Source: Candidatus Ratteibacteria bacterium (GTDB lineage Bacteria; Ratteibacteria; UBA8468; B48-G9; JAFGKM01). Taken from it: DNA of 24,229 nt. Positions within the stretch are counted from its first letter, which is position 1. Every line of letters begins with the position of its first letter. The DNA lies in NCBI GenBank assembly GCA_046296715.1, contig JBKBIN010000018.1, forward strand, positions 1 through 24,229, in the 5' to 3' direction. Under the pieces are notes generated by a model. It was not told where the DNA came from and did not search any database. It worked only from the letters and a program-made list of their open reading frames with translations. Shown here one piece after another: positions 1-9,089 of the stretch. The translations under genes were made by a program, and so were the position numbers.

Positions 1-1038
1 CCTAAGAGAAAATTTGTTTTTACACCTAAAATAAATATAGGCAAACCAATTGTTTATGACAAAGAAGAAAAGACAGATAACAGAACTGCATATGGGAATT
101 CTCTACTTGATATAGCAAGAATAAACAGAGATAATAAAGAGTATCCGATAGTTGTTTTTGATTGTGACCTTGCTTCAAGCGTAAAAACAGACCTTTTTGA
201 AAAAGAATTCCCAGAAAGGTTTTTTCAAGTTGGCGTTCAAGAACATAATGCTGCAACAATAAGTGGTGCAATTTCAACAGATAAATTTATAACTTTTTTT
301 TCCGATTTCGGTGTGTTTGGTATTGATGAAACATTTAACCAACAGCGACTCAATGATCAGAATTTTACTAATTTAAAACTTGTTTGTACACATCTTGGGC
401 TTGATGTTGGAGAAGATGGAAAAACGCATCAATGTATTGATTATATTGGTGTTTTAAGAAATCTTTTCGGATTTAAAATTATAATTCCTGCAGATCCTAA
501 TCAAACTGATAGAGTTATAAGGTATATTGTAGATAAACCGGGAAACTGGTTTGTTGGAATGGGAAGGTCAAAGATTCCTGTGATATTGAAAGAAAATGGT
601 GAGGTTTTCTTTGATGAGAATTATAAATTTGAATACGGGAAAGCAGATATAATTAGAGAAGGGAAGGACGGTTATATATTGACTTATGGTTGTATGGTTT
701 ATAGAGCATTAAAAGTTTATGAAGAATTGAAGAAGGAAGGTCTTAATATTGGTGTAATGAACTTTAGTTGCCCAACAGTTATAGATGAAGAGAAAATAAA
801 AATCGCTATAGATACGGGACTTTTAATAACATATGAAGACCACCACATAGATACAGGACTTGGAGCAACAGTTGCTATTTATCTTTCCGAAAATGGGATA
901 AAAGTTAAATTTTTAAGATTTGGGATAAAAGAATATGGTGCTTCAGGAAATCCAGATGAATTATTTAGAAAAGAAAAGATTTCGCCCGAAAATCTTATTT
1001 ATATGATCAAAAAAGTATTATCTAAAAAGGAGGAATAA
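1..1038 (+). CDS. tkt: Transketolase, 5'-truncated by the window edge (pyrimidine-binding and C-terminal domains)
   Basis: Frame 1 is open from base 1 (PKRKFVFTPK...NRTAYGNSL...VVFDCDLASSVKT...FPERFFQVGVQEHNAA) and is continuous with the ORF-track 313..1038 segment (THLGLDVGEDGKTHQ, PADPNQT, TYEDHH..GLG). The GTG at 313 is an internal codon. Confidence 0.9.
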   Translation, partial: PKRKFVFTPKINIGKPIVYDKEEKTDNRTAYGNSLLDIARINRDNKEYPIVVFDCDLASSVKTDLFEKEFPERFFQVGVQEHNAATISGAISTDKFITFFSDFGVFGIDETFNQQRLNDQNFTNLKLVCTHLGLDVGEDGKTHQCIDYIGVLRNLFGFKIIIPADPNQTDRVIRYIVDKPGNWFVGMGRSKIPVILKENGEVFFDENYKFEYGKADIIREGKDGYILTYGCMVYRALKVYEELKKEGLNIGVMNFSCPTVIDEEKIKIAIDTGLLITYEDHHIDTGLGATVAIYLSENGIKVKFLRFGIKEYGASGNPDELFRKEKISPENLIYMIKKVLSKKEE

Positions 1039-1790
1039 TGAAGTACGAAATAATTGGTGGGAATCTTCAATTTGTTAAAATACATATTGTTCCAGGGGAA
1101 GAGATTTATGCTGAAGCAGGAAAGATGATGTTTAAAAGTGATAATGTTATAATGGAGACAAAAATAGAGGGTCAGACACCAAAAGATTTTTTTAAAAATG
1201 TTTTAACAAAGACACTTGCGGGTGAATCAATTTTTATGACGCATTATAAAGTTCTTGATAAAGAAGGATATGTTGCTTTTGCAGGAGATTTTCCTGGGAA
1301 AATTCAGGCAGTTGAATTAAAACCGGGTATATCATTTATTGCTCAGAGAGATGCCTTTATATGTGCTCAAATTTCTGTTAAATTTGGGATCTTTTTTCAA
1401 AAAAAAGTTGGACCTGCATTTTTTGGTGGAGAAGGTTTTATTCTTGAAAAATTTACAGGTCCCGGGATTGTTTTTATACATGCTGGTGGAGATTTTTATG
1501 AGATTGACCTGAAAGTAAATGAAAAAATTTGTATTGATACCGGCTGTATAGTTGGTTTTGAAGAGAGTGTTGATTATGATGTTGAATTTGTCAATGATAT
1601 AAAAACTGCAATTTTTGGAGGAGAAGGTTTATTTCTTGCAACTCTAAAAGGCCCAGGAAAAATAATTTTACAAAGTTTGACATTGGAAAGATTAAGGAGA
1701 GAACTTGGAACTTTTAGAATAAAAAGAGGTGGCGATGAGAAATTTGGACTTGGTGGTCTTTTAGGTGGTATTTTCGGAAGTGAGGACTGA
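1038..1790 (+). CDS. AIM24 / TIGR00266 family protein
   Basis: Motifs AEAGKMM, LAGESIFM, QRDAFICA, FFGGEGFILEK, IDTGCIVGF, IFGGEGLFLATLKGPGKIILQSL. AGGAGG SD upstream; TAATG stop/start overlap with tkt. Confidence 0.9.
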   Translation: MKYEIIGGNLQFVKIHIVPGEEIYAEAGKMMFKSDNVIMETKIEGQTPKDFFKNVLTKTLAGESIFMTHYKVLDKEGYVAFAGDFPGKIQAVELKPGISFIAQRDAFICAQISVKFGIFFQKKVGPAFFGGEGFILEKFTGPGIVFIHAGGDFYEIDLKVNEKICIDTGCIVGFEESVDYDVEFVNDIKTAIFGGEGLFLATLKGPGKIILQSLTLERLRRELGTFRIKRGGDEKFGLGGLLGGIFGSED

Positions 1791-1845
1791 TTTATAAATT
1801 CTTGAATTTTAAAAATAATATAAAAAATTCACAAGTATTTAATTT

Positions 1846-1874
1846 TTGACTTTGTTTTTGTTAAATTATATAAT
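1846..1874 (+). promoter_or_regulatory. sigma70-type promoter of gatC operon, probably leaderless
   Basis: TTGACT (1846-1851), 17-nt spacer, TATAAT (1869-1874), 6 nt, then ATG at 1881. No SD. Confidence 0.75.
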
Positions 1875-1880
1875 TTTTCT

Positions 1881-2174
1881 ATGGAAGAAAAAGTAATAAA
1901 AAGGGAAGATGTTGAATATCTAAGTAGATTAGCAAGAATTGAATTAACAGAAGAAGAAAAAATTAAATTTGAAAAAGAACTTGAAAAAATTCTTGAGTAT
2001 GTTTCAAAATTAAATGAAGTTAACACAGAAAATATTATACCAACTTATCATATTCTTCCTTTAACAAATATATTTAGGGAAGATATACCAGATCGATCCA
2101 TCCCAAAACAAGAAATTCTAAAGAATGCGCCTGATAAAGACGAAAACTTTTTCAAAGTTCCAAGGATAATATAA
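1881..2174 (+). CDS. gatC: Asp-tRNA(Asn)/Glu-tRNA(Gln) amidotransferase subunit C
   Basis: EDVEYLSRLARIEL, ILEYVSKLNEVNTE, NIFRED, ILKNAP, FFKVPRII; 97 aa. Confidence 0.95.
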   Translation: MEEKVIKREDVEYLSRLARIELTEEEKIKFEKELEKILEYVSKLNEVNTENIIPTYHILPLTNIFREDIPDRSIPKQEILKNAPDKDENFFKVPRII

Positions 2175-3146
2175 ATGGAAAAAAAATACCTTCCCTTTGA
2201 AAAACCTATAGAAGAAATTGAGAAAAAAATAGAAGAAATTGAGAAAGACAAAAATAAAAATTTGGTTGAAAAAAATACAGAAATTCTAAAATTAAAACAG
2301 TTATTAAAGGATAAAAAAAAGGAAATTTACTCTAACTTAACTCCTTTTCAAATTGTTCAAGTTGCAAGACATCCTAATAGACCTCATACTCTTGATTACT
2401 TAAATAATATTTTTGATGAATATATTGAATTACATGGAGATAGAATTTTTAAAGATGATCCTTCTATCGTAAGTGGGTTTGGTAAATTTTGTGGGATAAC
2501 AGTTGCTTTTGTTGGGCATCAGAAAGGAAGGGATACTAAAGAAAATATTGAAAGAAAATTTGGGATGGCACATCCAGAAGGTTACAGGAAAGCATTAAGA
2601 ATTATGAAACTTGCTGAAAAATTTACATTTCCTGTTATTATTTTTATTGATACGCCAGGTGCACATCCAGATATAGAGGCAGAAGAAAGAGGACAAGCTT
2701 TATCAATAGCATTAAATATCTATGAAATGTCTTTTTTAAAAACACCAATTTTATGTATAATAATAGGAGAAGGCGGAAGTGGTGGTGCACTTGGTATTGG
2801 AGTTGGGGATAGGATTCTTATGCAAGAATTTTCAATATATTCAGTTATTTCACCAGAAGGATGTGCTTCAATTTTATGGAAATCACAGGATGGAGTAGAA
2901 GAAGCAGCAAAAGCTTTAAAGCTAACAGCAAAAGATTTACTTGAACTTGGTATAATAGACGAAATAATACCTGAACCCCCTGGAGGAGCTCACAGTGATT
3001 GGGAAACAACTTTTAAACTAACAAAAGAAGTTATAGAAAGAAATTTAAAAGAAATAAAAATGATAAAAGTTGATGAACTTGTAGAAATAAGGTATAAAAA
3101 ATATAGAAAAATAGGTGTATTTTTAGAAGGAGAAGAGAGTGAATAA
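2175..3146 (+). CDS. accA: Acetyl-CoA carboxylase carboxyltransferase alpha subunit
   Basis: VQVARHPNRP, ELHGDR, GHQKGRDTKEN, PEGYRKALR, IDTPGA, GEGGSGGAL, YSVISPEGCASILW, PEPPGGAH. Confidence 0.97.
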   Translation: MEKKYLPFEKPIEEIEKKIEEIEKDKNKNLVEKNTEILKLKQLLKDKKKEIYSNLTPFQIVQVARHPNRPHTLDYLNNIFDEYIELHGDRIFKDDPSIVSGFGKFCGITVAFVGHQKGRDTKENIERKFGMAHPEGYRKALRIMKLAEKFTFPVIIFIDTPGAHPDIEAEERGQALSIALNIYEMSFLKTPILCIIIGEGGSGGALGIGVGDRILMQEFSIYSVISPEGCASILWKSQDGVEEAAKALKLTAKDLLELGIIDEIIPEPPGGAHSDWETTFKLTKEVIERNLKEIKMIKVDELVEIRYKKYRKIGVFLEGEESE

Positions 3147-4008
3147 AATTAAACTTGTTTTGCCAAAAGGTTCTTTGCAGGAAACGACTTTGTCAATTTT
3201 TAAAAATGCTGGTTTTGAGATCTATTCAAATTCAAGAAGTTATTATCTTACAATAGATGATCCGGAAATTGAAGGTGTTTTGTTAAGAACTCAGGAAATT
3301 CCGAGATATGTTGAACTTGGTGCTTTTGATGCTGGAATTGCAGGAAAGGATTGGATAGTTGAAAACAATGCAAAAGTTATTGAAGTATGTGAATTGACCT
3401 ACTCAAAATTAGGTTTTAAACCTGTTAAGATTGTTCTTGCAGTTCCAGAGAAATCAAATATTAAAAGTGTAAAAGATCTTGAAAACAAAATTATTGCTAC
3501 TGAACTGGTGAATTTAACAAAAAAATACTTGATGAAGAATAAAGTTAATGCAAAAGTAGAGTTTTCTTATGGTGCAACTGAAATTAAAGCAGGAAATCTT
3601 GTTGATGCTATTGTAGAAATTACAGAAACAGGGACAACATTACATTCTCACAACTTAAGAATAATTGATGTAATTATGGAATCAACACCAAGATTAATAG
3701 CAAATAAAAATTCATGGAAGGATAAATGGAAGAGAGAAAAAATTGAAAATATTGCATTATTATTAAAAGGAGCTTTAAATGCAGAGAGTAAAGTTGGGCT
3801 AAAAATGAATGTTGAAAAAAGAAATCTTGAAAGAATTTTGGAAATTTTACCAGCGATGAAAAAGCCTACAATATCATCTTTAACTGATAAAAATTGGTAT
3901 GCTGTTGAGACAATAATTGATAAAAATAAAGCAAAGGAATTAATACCAAAATTAAAAAAACTTGGTGCTCAAGGAATTGTTGAATATCCTTTAAATAAAG
4001 TAATCTGA
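3139..4008 (+). CDS. hisG: ATP phosphoribosyltransferase, long form with C-terminal regulatory domain
   Basis: LVLPKGSL, EIPRYVE, DAGIAGKDW, EFSYGATE, DAIVEITETGTTL, C-terminal PTISSL...GAQGIVEYPLNKVI. GTG start. Confidence 0.95.
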   Translation: MNKIKLVLPKGSLQETTLSIFKNAGFEIYSNSRSYYLTIDDPEIEGVLLRTQEIPRYVELGAFDAGIAGKDWIVENNAKVIEVCELTYSKLGFKPVKIVLAVPEKSNIKSVKDLENKIIATELVNLTKKYLMKNKVNAKVEFSYGATEIKAGNLVDAIVEITETGTTLHSHNLRIIDVIMESTPRLIANKNSWKDKWKREKIENIALLLKGALNAESKVGLKMNVEKRNLERILEILPAMKKPTISSLTDKNWYAVETIIDKNKAKELIPKLKKLGAQGIVEYPLNKVI

Positions 4009-4019
4009 AGGGAGGAAGT

Positions 4020-4112
4020 ATGCCTTGCGGAAGAAAAAGAAAAATAAAAAAAGTTAAAAGACATAAATACAAAAAAAGAAGAAAAGCAATGAGACATAAA
4101 AAGAGAAAATGA
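4020..4112 (+). CDS. Small basic AURKAIP1/COX24 (mS38)-domain protein, bS22-like ribosomal protein, 30 aa
   Basis: Translated by hand as MPCGRKRKIKKVKRHKYKKRRKAMRHKKRK*. GGAGG SD at 4011-4015; ATGA overlap with the next gene; fills the gap exactly. Confidence 0.85.
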   Translation: MPCGRKRKIKKVKRHKYKKRRKAMRHKKRK

Positions 4113-5485
4113 CAGATAAAAAATATTTGATTTTGGTAGGATTACTTTTGATTTTTACAGGATGTGTAAGTACTCATTTAAAAAAAGATATTGCTTTAAA
4201 AATATATTTATCAGGGCTTCTTTATGAAAATGAAAAAGATAATTTATCTGCAATTAAAAAGTTTGAAGAAACGATAAAAAAAGGTGGACCTGATCCTTAT
4301 GTTTACATAAAAATTGGTAATTTATATCTAAAAGAAAATAATTATAAAAAAGCAAAAGAAAGTTTTCAAAGAGCATATAATCTTGATTCAAAACTTTCTG
4401 AACCTTATTTTGGTCTTGGGATTGTTAATTTACTTGAAAAAAAATACACAGAAGCAGCAAAGTATATTGAACAGGGACTTAAAATTGATCCTGATAAAAG
4501 TTCATTTAGATTAATTTTATCTGATATTTACACTAAATTAAACAATTATCAAATGGCTGAAAAACATTATAAAATTCTTATTGAAGAGTATCCAGAAAAT
4601 TACATTTTAAAATATAATCTTGCTAAAATTTATGAGACACAAAAAAAATATGAAGATGCAGAAAATTTATATTTAGAAGTTTTAAAAGTTCTTCCTAACT
4701 TTGCAGAGGGATTTTTATCGCTTGGTATATTATATCAAAAAGAGAACAAAATAGAACAAGCAAAGGAATACATTGAAAAAAGTTTACAGATTAATCCTCT
4801 CAATAAACTTGCTTATTCTCTACTTGCAATTATATATTACAATGAAAAAAATGATGAGAAGGCAAAGGAAATATTATTGAAAGGAATTGAAAGAGGTTTA
4901 AAAGAAAAGGAATTTTATGATTTTCTGGGTTCAATTTTTATGAGTGAACAAAATTATGAAATTGCAGAAACATATTTTGTTGAGAGTATAAAAATTGAGG
5001 ATTCTTCAGATACAAGATTAAAATTAGGAATTTTATATGATAAAAAAGGTAATTTTGAAAAAATGGAAGAAAACCTGAAAAGAGCAATTGAAATCAATCC
5101 GGAAAATTCTATAGCTTTAAATTATCTTGGATATTCCTATCTTCTAAAAGATAAGAATATTAAACAAGCATATGAGATGATAAAAAAAGCATGTAAAATT
5201 GAACCCAATAATGGTGCATACCTTGATAGCTTAGGATGGGCTTATTATAAAATGGGTGATTATAAAAATGCAAAAAAATATCTTGAAAAAGCAGTTGAAT
5301 TAGAAAAAGATCCGGAAATTTATGAGCATCTTGGATATCTTTATTTTCAACTAAAAGATTTTGAAAAATCTATTTTCTATTTTTCAAAGTCATATGAAGA
5401 AACCGGTAAAAAAGAACTTTTAGATATGATTGAAAAAGCTAAAGATATGTTAAAAAATGAAATTACTGGAAGAAATAAAAAATAA
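4109..5485 (+). CDS. Tetratricopeptide-repeat lipoprotein
   Basis: N-terminal lipobox-like LLLIFTG-C; many TPR units; C-terminal ALNYLGYSY...P.NGAYLDSLGWAYYK...EIYEHLG motif typical of envelope TPR proteins. Confidence 0.88.
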   Translation: MTDKKYLILVGLLLIFTGCVSTHLKKDIALKIYLSGLLYENEKDNLSAIKKFEETIKKGGPDPYVYIKIGNLYLKENNYKKAKESFQRAYNLDSKLSEPYFGLGIVNLLEKKYTEAAKYIEQGLKIDPDKSSFRLILSDIYTKLNNYQMAEKHYKILIEEYPENYILKYNLAKIYETQKKYEDAENLYLEVLKVLPNFAEGFLSLGILYQKENKIEQAKEYIEKSLQINPLNKLAYSLLAIIYYNEKNDEKAKEILLKGIERGLKEKEFYDFLGSIFMSEQNYEIAETYFVESIKIEDSSDTRLKLGILYDKKGNFEKMEENLKRAIEINPENSIALNYLGYSYLLKDKNIKQAYEMIKKACKIEPNNGAYLDSLGWAYYKMGDYKNAKKYLEKAVELEKDPEIYEHLGYLYFQLKDFEKSIFYFSKSYEETGKKELLDMIEKAKDMLKNEITGRNKK

Positions 5486-7274
5486 CTATTCCCTTATAAA
5501 ACACCTTTCAATTGAACAATTAAATCAATTATGTCAAGAAATAAGAGAATTTATAATTGAAGTTGTTTCAAAAAATAGTGGGCATCTCTCTTCAAATCTT
5601 GGTTCTGTTGAAATAACTGTCGCTCTTCATAATGTCTTTGATATTCCTCCTGATAAGATTATCTGGGATGTAGGACACCAGTGTTATACACATAAAATTT
5701 TAACAAGGTATAAAGAATTTGAAACATTAAGAAAGTATGGAGGAATAAGTGGATTTCCAAATCCAACTGAAAGTGAATCAGATGTTTTTTTGGTTGGACA
5801 TGCTGGAACAAGTATTTCTTCTGCTACAGGTCTTAAAATAGGAAATGATTTTAAAGAAATTAAAGGACAAATAATTGCATTTGTAGGAGATGGTTCTTTA
5901 ACAAATGGCGTTACTTTTGAGGGATTGAATTTTCTTGGATATATTAAAAAGAATGTAAAAATTATTCTGAATGATAATAAAATGTCAATATCTCCAACAA
6001 AGGGAGCTCTTTCATATTACTTAACAAAATTCATAAGTTCTCCTCTTGTTAACAAACCAAAAGAAGAATTTATAGAAATTTTAAAAAAAATACCCTCAAT
6101 TGGAAAAGATATTTTAAACTTAACTAAAGAACTTGAAAAGAAAACAAAGTTTTTGATTGTACCAGGAGTATTTTTTGAGAAGCTTGGAATAAGATATTTT
6201 GGACCAATAGATGGTCATGACCTTTCCCAATTAATTGAAATTCTTAAAAATATAAAGGAAATTAATGAACCATTAGTTTTACATATAATAACAAAAAAAG
6301 GAAAAGGTTACAAATTTGCAGAAGAAGATCCAGAAAAATTTCATTCAATAGGACCTTTTGATATCAAAACAGGAAAGGAGATAATAAACCAAAAAACAAA
6401 TTCAAAATTTGTTGGGAAAATACTTGAAGAAATGGCCCAGAAATACAACTTTTTTTTAATAACAGCTGCTATGGAAAAAGGTCTTGGACTTGAAAATTTC
6501 TCAAAGAATTATCCTGAGAGATTTTTTGATGTAGGAATTGCTGAAAGTAATGCAGTAATTGTTGCTTCAGGAATTGCAAAATCTGGTATGCCTGTATTTG
6601 TTGCTATTTACAGTACTTTTTTACAGAGAACTTATGACCAAATTTTCCACGATATTTGTTTGCAAAACTTACCTGTTGTTTTTCTTATTGATAGGGCTGG
6701 GATAGTAGGAGAAGATGGACCAACACATCACGGAATTTTTGATATATCTTTTTTAAGGACAATGCCAAATCTTAAAATCTATGCTCCTTACAGTTTGGAA
6801 ACTTTAAAAAACACAATTGAAAATTCAATTAATGAAAAAATTCCAACTTTCATCAGATATCCAAAAGATATTTTACCCGAAAAAATTGATGAACAAATTG
6901 AAGAAAGTAATGTAGTTGTTTTAGGTGTTGGAAGTATGGCTTTGAACTCATTTATTGCATTTCAAAAACTTAAACAGGAAAATATTAATTTAAGTTTTAT
7001 TCCAGTAAATCAAATTAAGCCAATTGAAGAGGAATTAATGAAAAAAATTGAAAAATTTGATAGAATTATAACTATAGAAGAAAATATTAGGTCTTGTGGA
7101 TTTGGTTCTTATTTGCTTGAATTTTTTTCAGATAAAAGAATAAAGAAGGATTTTTTAAGAATAGGACTTCCAGAAATATTTATAGAACATGGAGATAGAA
7201 ATTTACTTTTAGATAAGTATGGACTTTCAAGTGAAAAAATTTATAAAAGAATTAAGGAGTTTTTAAATGTTTGA
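5457..7274 (+). CDS. dxs: 1-deoxy-D-xylulose-5-phosphate synthase
   Basis: GHLSSNLG, IWDVGHQCYTHKILT, GHAGTSIS, GDGSLT...LNDN ThDP motif, GPIDGHD, FDVGIAE, YSTFLQR, DRAGIVGEDGPTHHG. Confidence 0.97.
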   Translation: MKLLEEIKNNYSLIKHLSIEQLNQLCQEIREFIIEVVSKNSGHLSSNLGSVEITVALHNVFDIPPDKIIWDVGHQCYTHKILTRYKEFETLRKYGGISGFPNPTESESDVFLVGHAGTSISSATGLKIGNDFKEIKGQIIAFVGDGSLTNGVTFEGLNFLGYIKKNVKIILNDNKMSISPTKGALSYYLTKFISSPLVNKPKEEFIEILKKIPSIGKDILNLTKELEKKTKFLIVPGVFFEKLGIRYFGPIDGHDLSQLIEILKNIKEINEPLVLHIITKKGKGYKFAEEDPEKFHSIGPFDIKTGKEIINQKTNSKFVGKILEEMAQKYNFFLITAAMEKGLGLENFSKNYPERFFDVGIAESNAVIVASGIAKSGMPVFVAIYSTFLQRTYDQIFHDICLQNLPVVFLIDRAGIVGEDGPTHHGIFDISFLRTMPNLKIYAPYSLETLKNTIENSINEKIPTFIRYPKDILPEKIDEQIEESNVVVLGVGSMALNSFIAFQKLKQENINLSFIPVNQIKPIEEELMKKIEKFDRIITIEENIRSCGFGSYLLEFFSDKRIKKDFLRIGLPEIFIEHGDRNLLLDKYGLSSEKIYKRIKEFLNV

Positions 7275-8046
7275 AAGAATATTTATACTTGAGAATAGAA
7301 AGATCCCAGGAATTGAAAAGGAGAAGAAAAAACTTGAGGAATTGTTGAAAAGTTGTGGAAAAATTGTTGAAAAGAAATTAAAAAATCCTGACTTAATTTT
7401 AACGATGGGTGGAGATGGAACAATTTTAAAGGCGATTGGACTTTTAAAAAATGCAAAAACAATAATTTATGGTATTAATTATGGTAAAGTTGGTTTTTTA
7501 ACAAATCATTCTGAAAATATTGAATTTAAAATTAAAAAAGTACTTGCAGGAGATTTCAAAATTTCTGAAAGGATGGTTCTTGAATTAAAAATTAAAAAAA
7601 ATTCTAAAAAAATTTATAAAGACAAAGCATTGAATGATTTTTTTATCATTAGGAAGGGAATAAGAATAGTTGAACTACATGTTTATATTGAAGGAAATGA
7701 AATATTTAATTTTAGAGGTGATGGAATAATAATTTCTACTCCAACTGGTTCAACAGCACATTCTCTTGCAGCAGGTGGTCCAATAATTTGTTCAGATTTA
7801 GAGTGTTTTTTACTTACCCCTTTATGTCCATACACTTTAAATACAAGACCTTTAGTTATTCCATCTAATAAAAAGATTAAGATAAAAACTTCATCAGAAG
7901 GTAAAATAATTGGAGATGGTCAGAGAGAATATGAGATAGAAGAAAATGATGAAATAGAAATTGAAAAAAGTAAGTTTAAAGCAAAACTAATTATAGAAGA
8001 TAACTTTTTTGAAAAGTTAAAAACAAAATTTAATTTTGGTAAATGA
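7267..8046 (+). CDS. nadK: NAD(+) kinase
   Basis: GGDGTIL, GINYGKVGFL, ALND, GDGIIISTPTGSTAHSLAAGGP, DGQ. Confidence 0.95.
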   Translation: MFERIFILENRKIPGIEKEKKKLEELLKSCGKIVEKKLKNPDLILTMGGDGTILKAIGLLKNAKTIIYGINYGKVGFLTNHSENIEFKIKKVLAGDFKISERMVLELKIKKNSKKIYKDKALNDFFIIRKGIRIVELHVYIEGNEIFNFRGDGIIISTPTGSTAHSLAAGGPIICSDLECFLLTPLCPYTLNTRPLVIPSNKKIKIKTSSEGKIIGDGQREYEIEENDEIEIEKSKFKAKLIIEDNFFEKLKTKFNFGK

Positions 8047-9086
8047 AATATATAGTAAAAGTAAATAAAGAAAGATGTAAAAGTTGTCTTTTGTGTATAG
8101 AACATTGTCCTTCTAAGGTTTTTAGCATATCAAAGAATTTTAATAAATTGGGATATCATTTTGTTGAGGTTATAAATGAAAAAAATTGCATTGGTTGTAA
8201 AAGATGTGTTATTATATGTCCTGATGTTGCAATTGAAATTTATAAATATTTAAAAAAGGAGGATGGAATGAAATTAAAAATTGGAGTTATTCCAGATTGT
8301 TTTAGATTGCCTATAAAAGAAGGTATTAAAAAGGCAGCAGAATTGGGTCTTGATGGTATTCAACCATATGCAACTTATGGCGACCTTGACCCAAAAAACT
8401 TATCAAAAACAGGTAGAAAAGATCTTAAGAACTTTGTTGAAAAACTTGGACTTCAAATAAGTGCTCTTGTTGGTGATTTTGGAGGACATGGATTTGCTGA
8501 TCCAAAAACAGTTGAGTGGAGAATTGAAAGAACAAAAGAAGTTATTGATCTTGCTTTTGATCTTGGAGTTAAAATTGTAACAACCCATATTGGAGTTGTT
8601 CCCGAAGATGAAAATGATATTGCATGGAAAACAATGGAACAATCTTTGCCAGAAGTTGGAACATATGCTTATGATAAAGGGATAGTACTTGCTACTGAAA
8701 CAGGTCCTGAACCAGCAGAATTGTTAAAAAAATTACTTGATAAAATAAACAATCCGGGACTTAAAGTTAATTATGATCCTGCAAATCTTGTGATGGTTGC
8801 TGGCGATGATCCAGTAAAAGGTGTTTATACTCTTAAAGATTATATTGTTCATACACATGCAAAAGATGGAATTAAACTTCCTGAAGAAAATGGAAAGAAG
8901 AGATGGAAAGAATTACCATTGGGAGAGGGTGGTGTCAACTGGCCAGAATATTTGAAAGCAATGAAAGAAATTGGGTATGATGGATTTTTTACAATTGAAA
9001 GAGAAGTAGGAGAAAAACCAGAATTAGATATAATTCATGCAAGGGATTTTTTAAGAAAATTAGAAAAGGAAATTTGGAACAAGTAA
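8043..9086 (+). CDS. In-frame fusion: N-terminal 2x[4Fe-4S] ferredoxin (2-oxoacid:ferredoxin oxidoreductase delta-like) plus sugar-phosphate isomerase/epimerase TIM barrel (own start likely at 8268)
   Basis: CKSCLLCIEHCP and CIGCKRCVIICP in the first ~70 aa. AAGGAGG (8256-8262) before ATG 8268. Downstream ETGPE, NYDPANL, HTHAKD, LGEGGV, TIERE metal-binding motifs of the AP-endonuclease-2/xylose-isomerase-like barrel. Confidence 0.85.
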   Translation: MKYIVKVNKERCKSCLLCIEHCPSKVFSISKNFNKLGYHFVEVINEKNCIGCKRCVIICPDVAIEIYKYLKKEDGMKLKIGVIPDCFRLPIKEGIKKAAELGLDGIQPYATYGDLDPKNLSKTGRKDLKNFVEKLGLQISALVGDFGGHGFADPKTVEWRIERTKEVIDLAFDLGVKIVTTHIGVVPEDENDIAWKTMEQSLPEVGTYAYDKGIVLATETGPEPAELLKKLLDKINNPGLKVNYDPANLVMVAGDDPVKGVYTLKDYIVHTHAKDGIKLPEENGKKRWKELPLGEGGVNWPEYLKAMKEIGYDGFFTIEREVGEKPELDIIHARDFLRKLEKEIWNK

Positions 9087-9089
9087 ATT

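Noticed and set aside
1801..1835. AT-rich inverted repeat TGAATTTT...AAAATTCA after the AIM24 gene as a terminator
   Set aside because: Weak stem, long loop and no clear U-tract; expected by chance at this composition.
2650..2700. AccA motif reads DTPGAHPDIEAEERGQ rather than the usual DTPGAYPGIGAEERGQ
   Set aside because: All other motifs are intact; most likely ordinary lineage divergence.
9035..9089. Hydrophobic C-terminal tail of ORF 9035..9520 overlapping the convergent gene
   Set aside because: Product of the frameshift at 9133-9139; the repaired frame stops at 9090.
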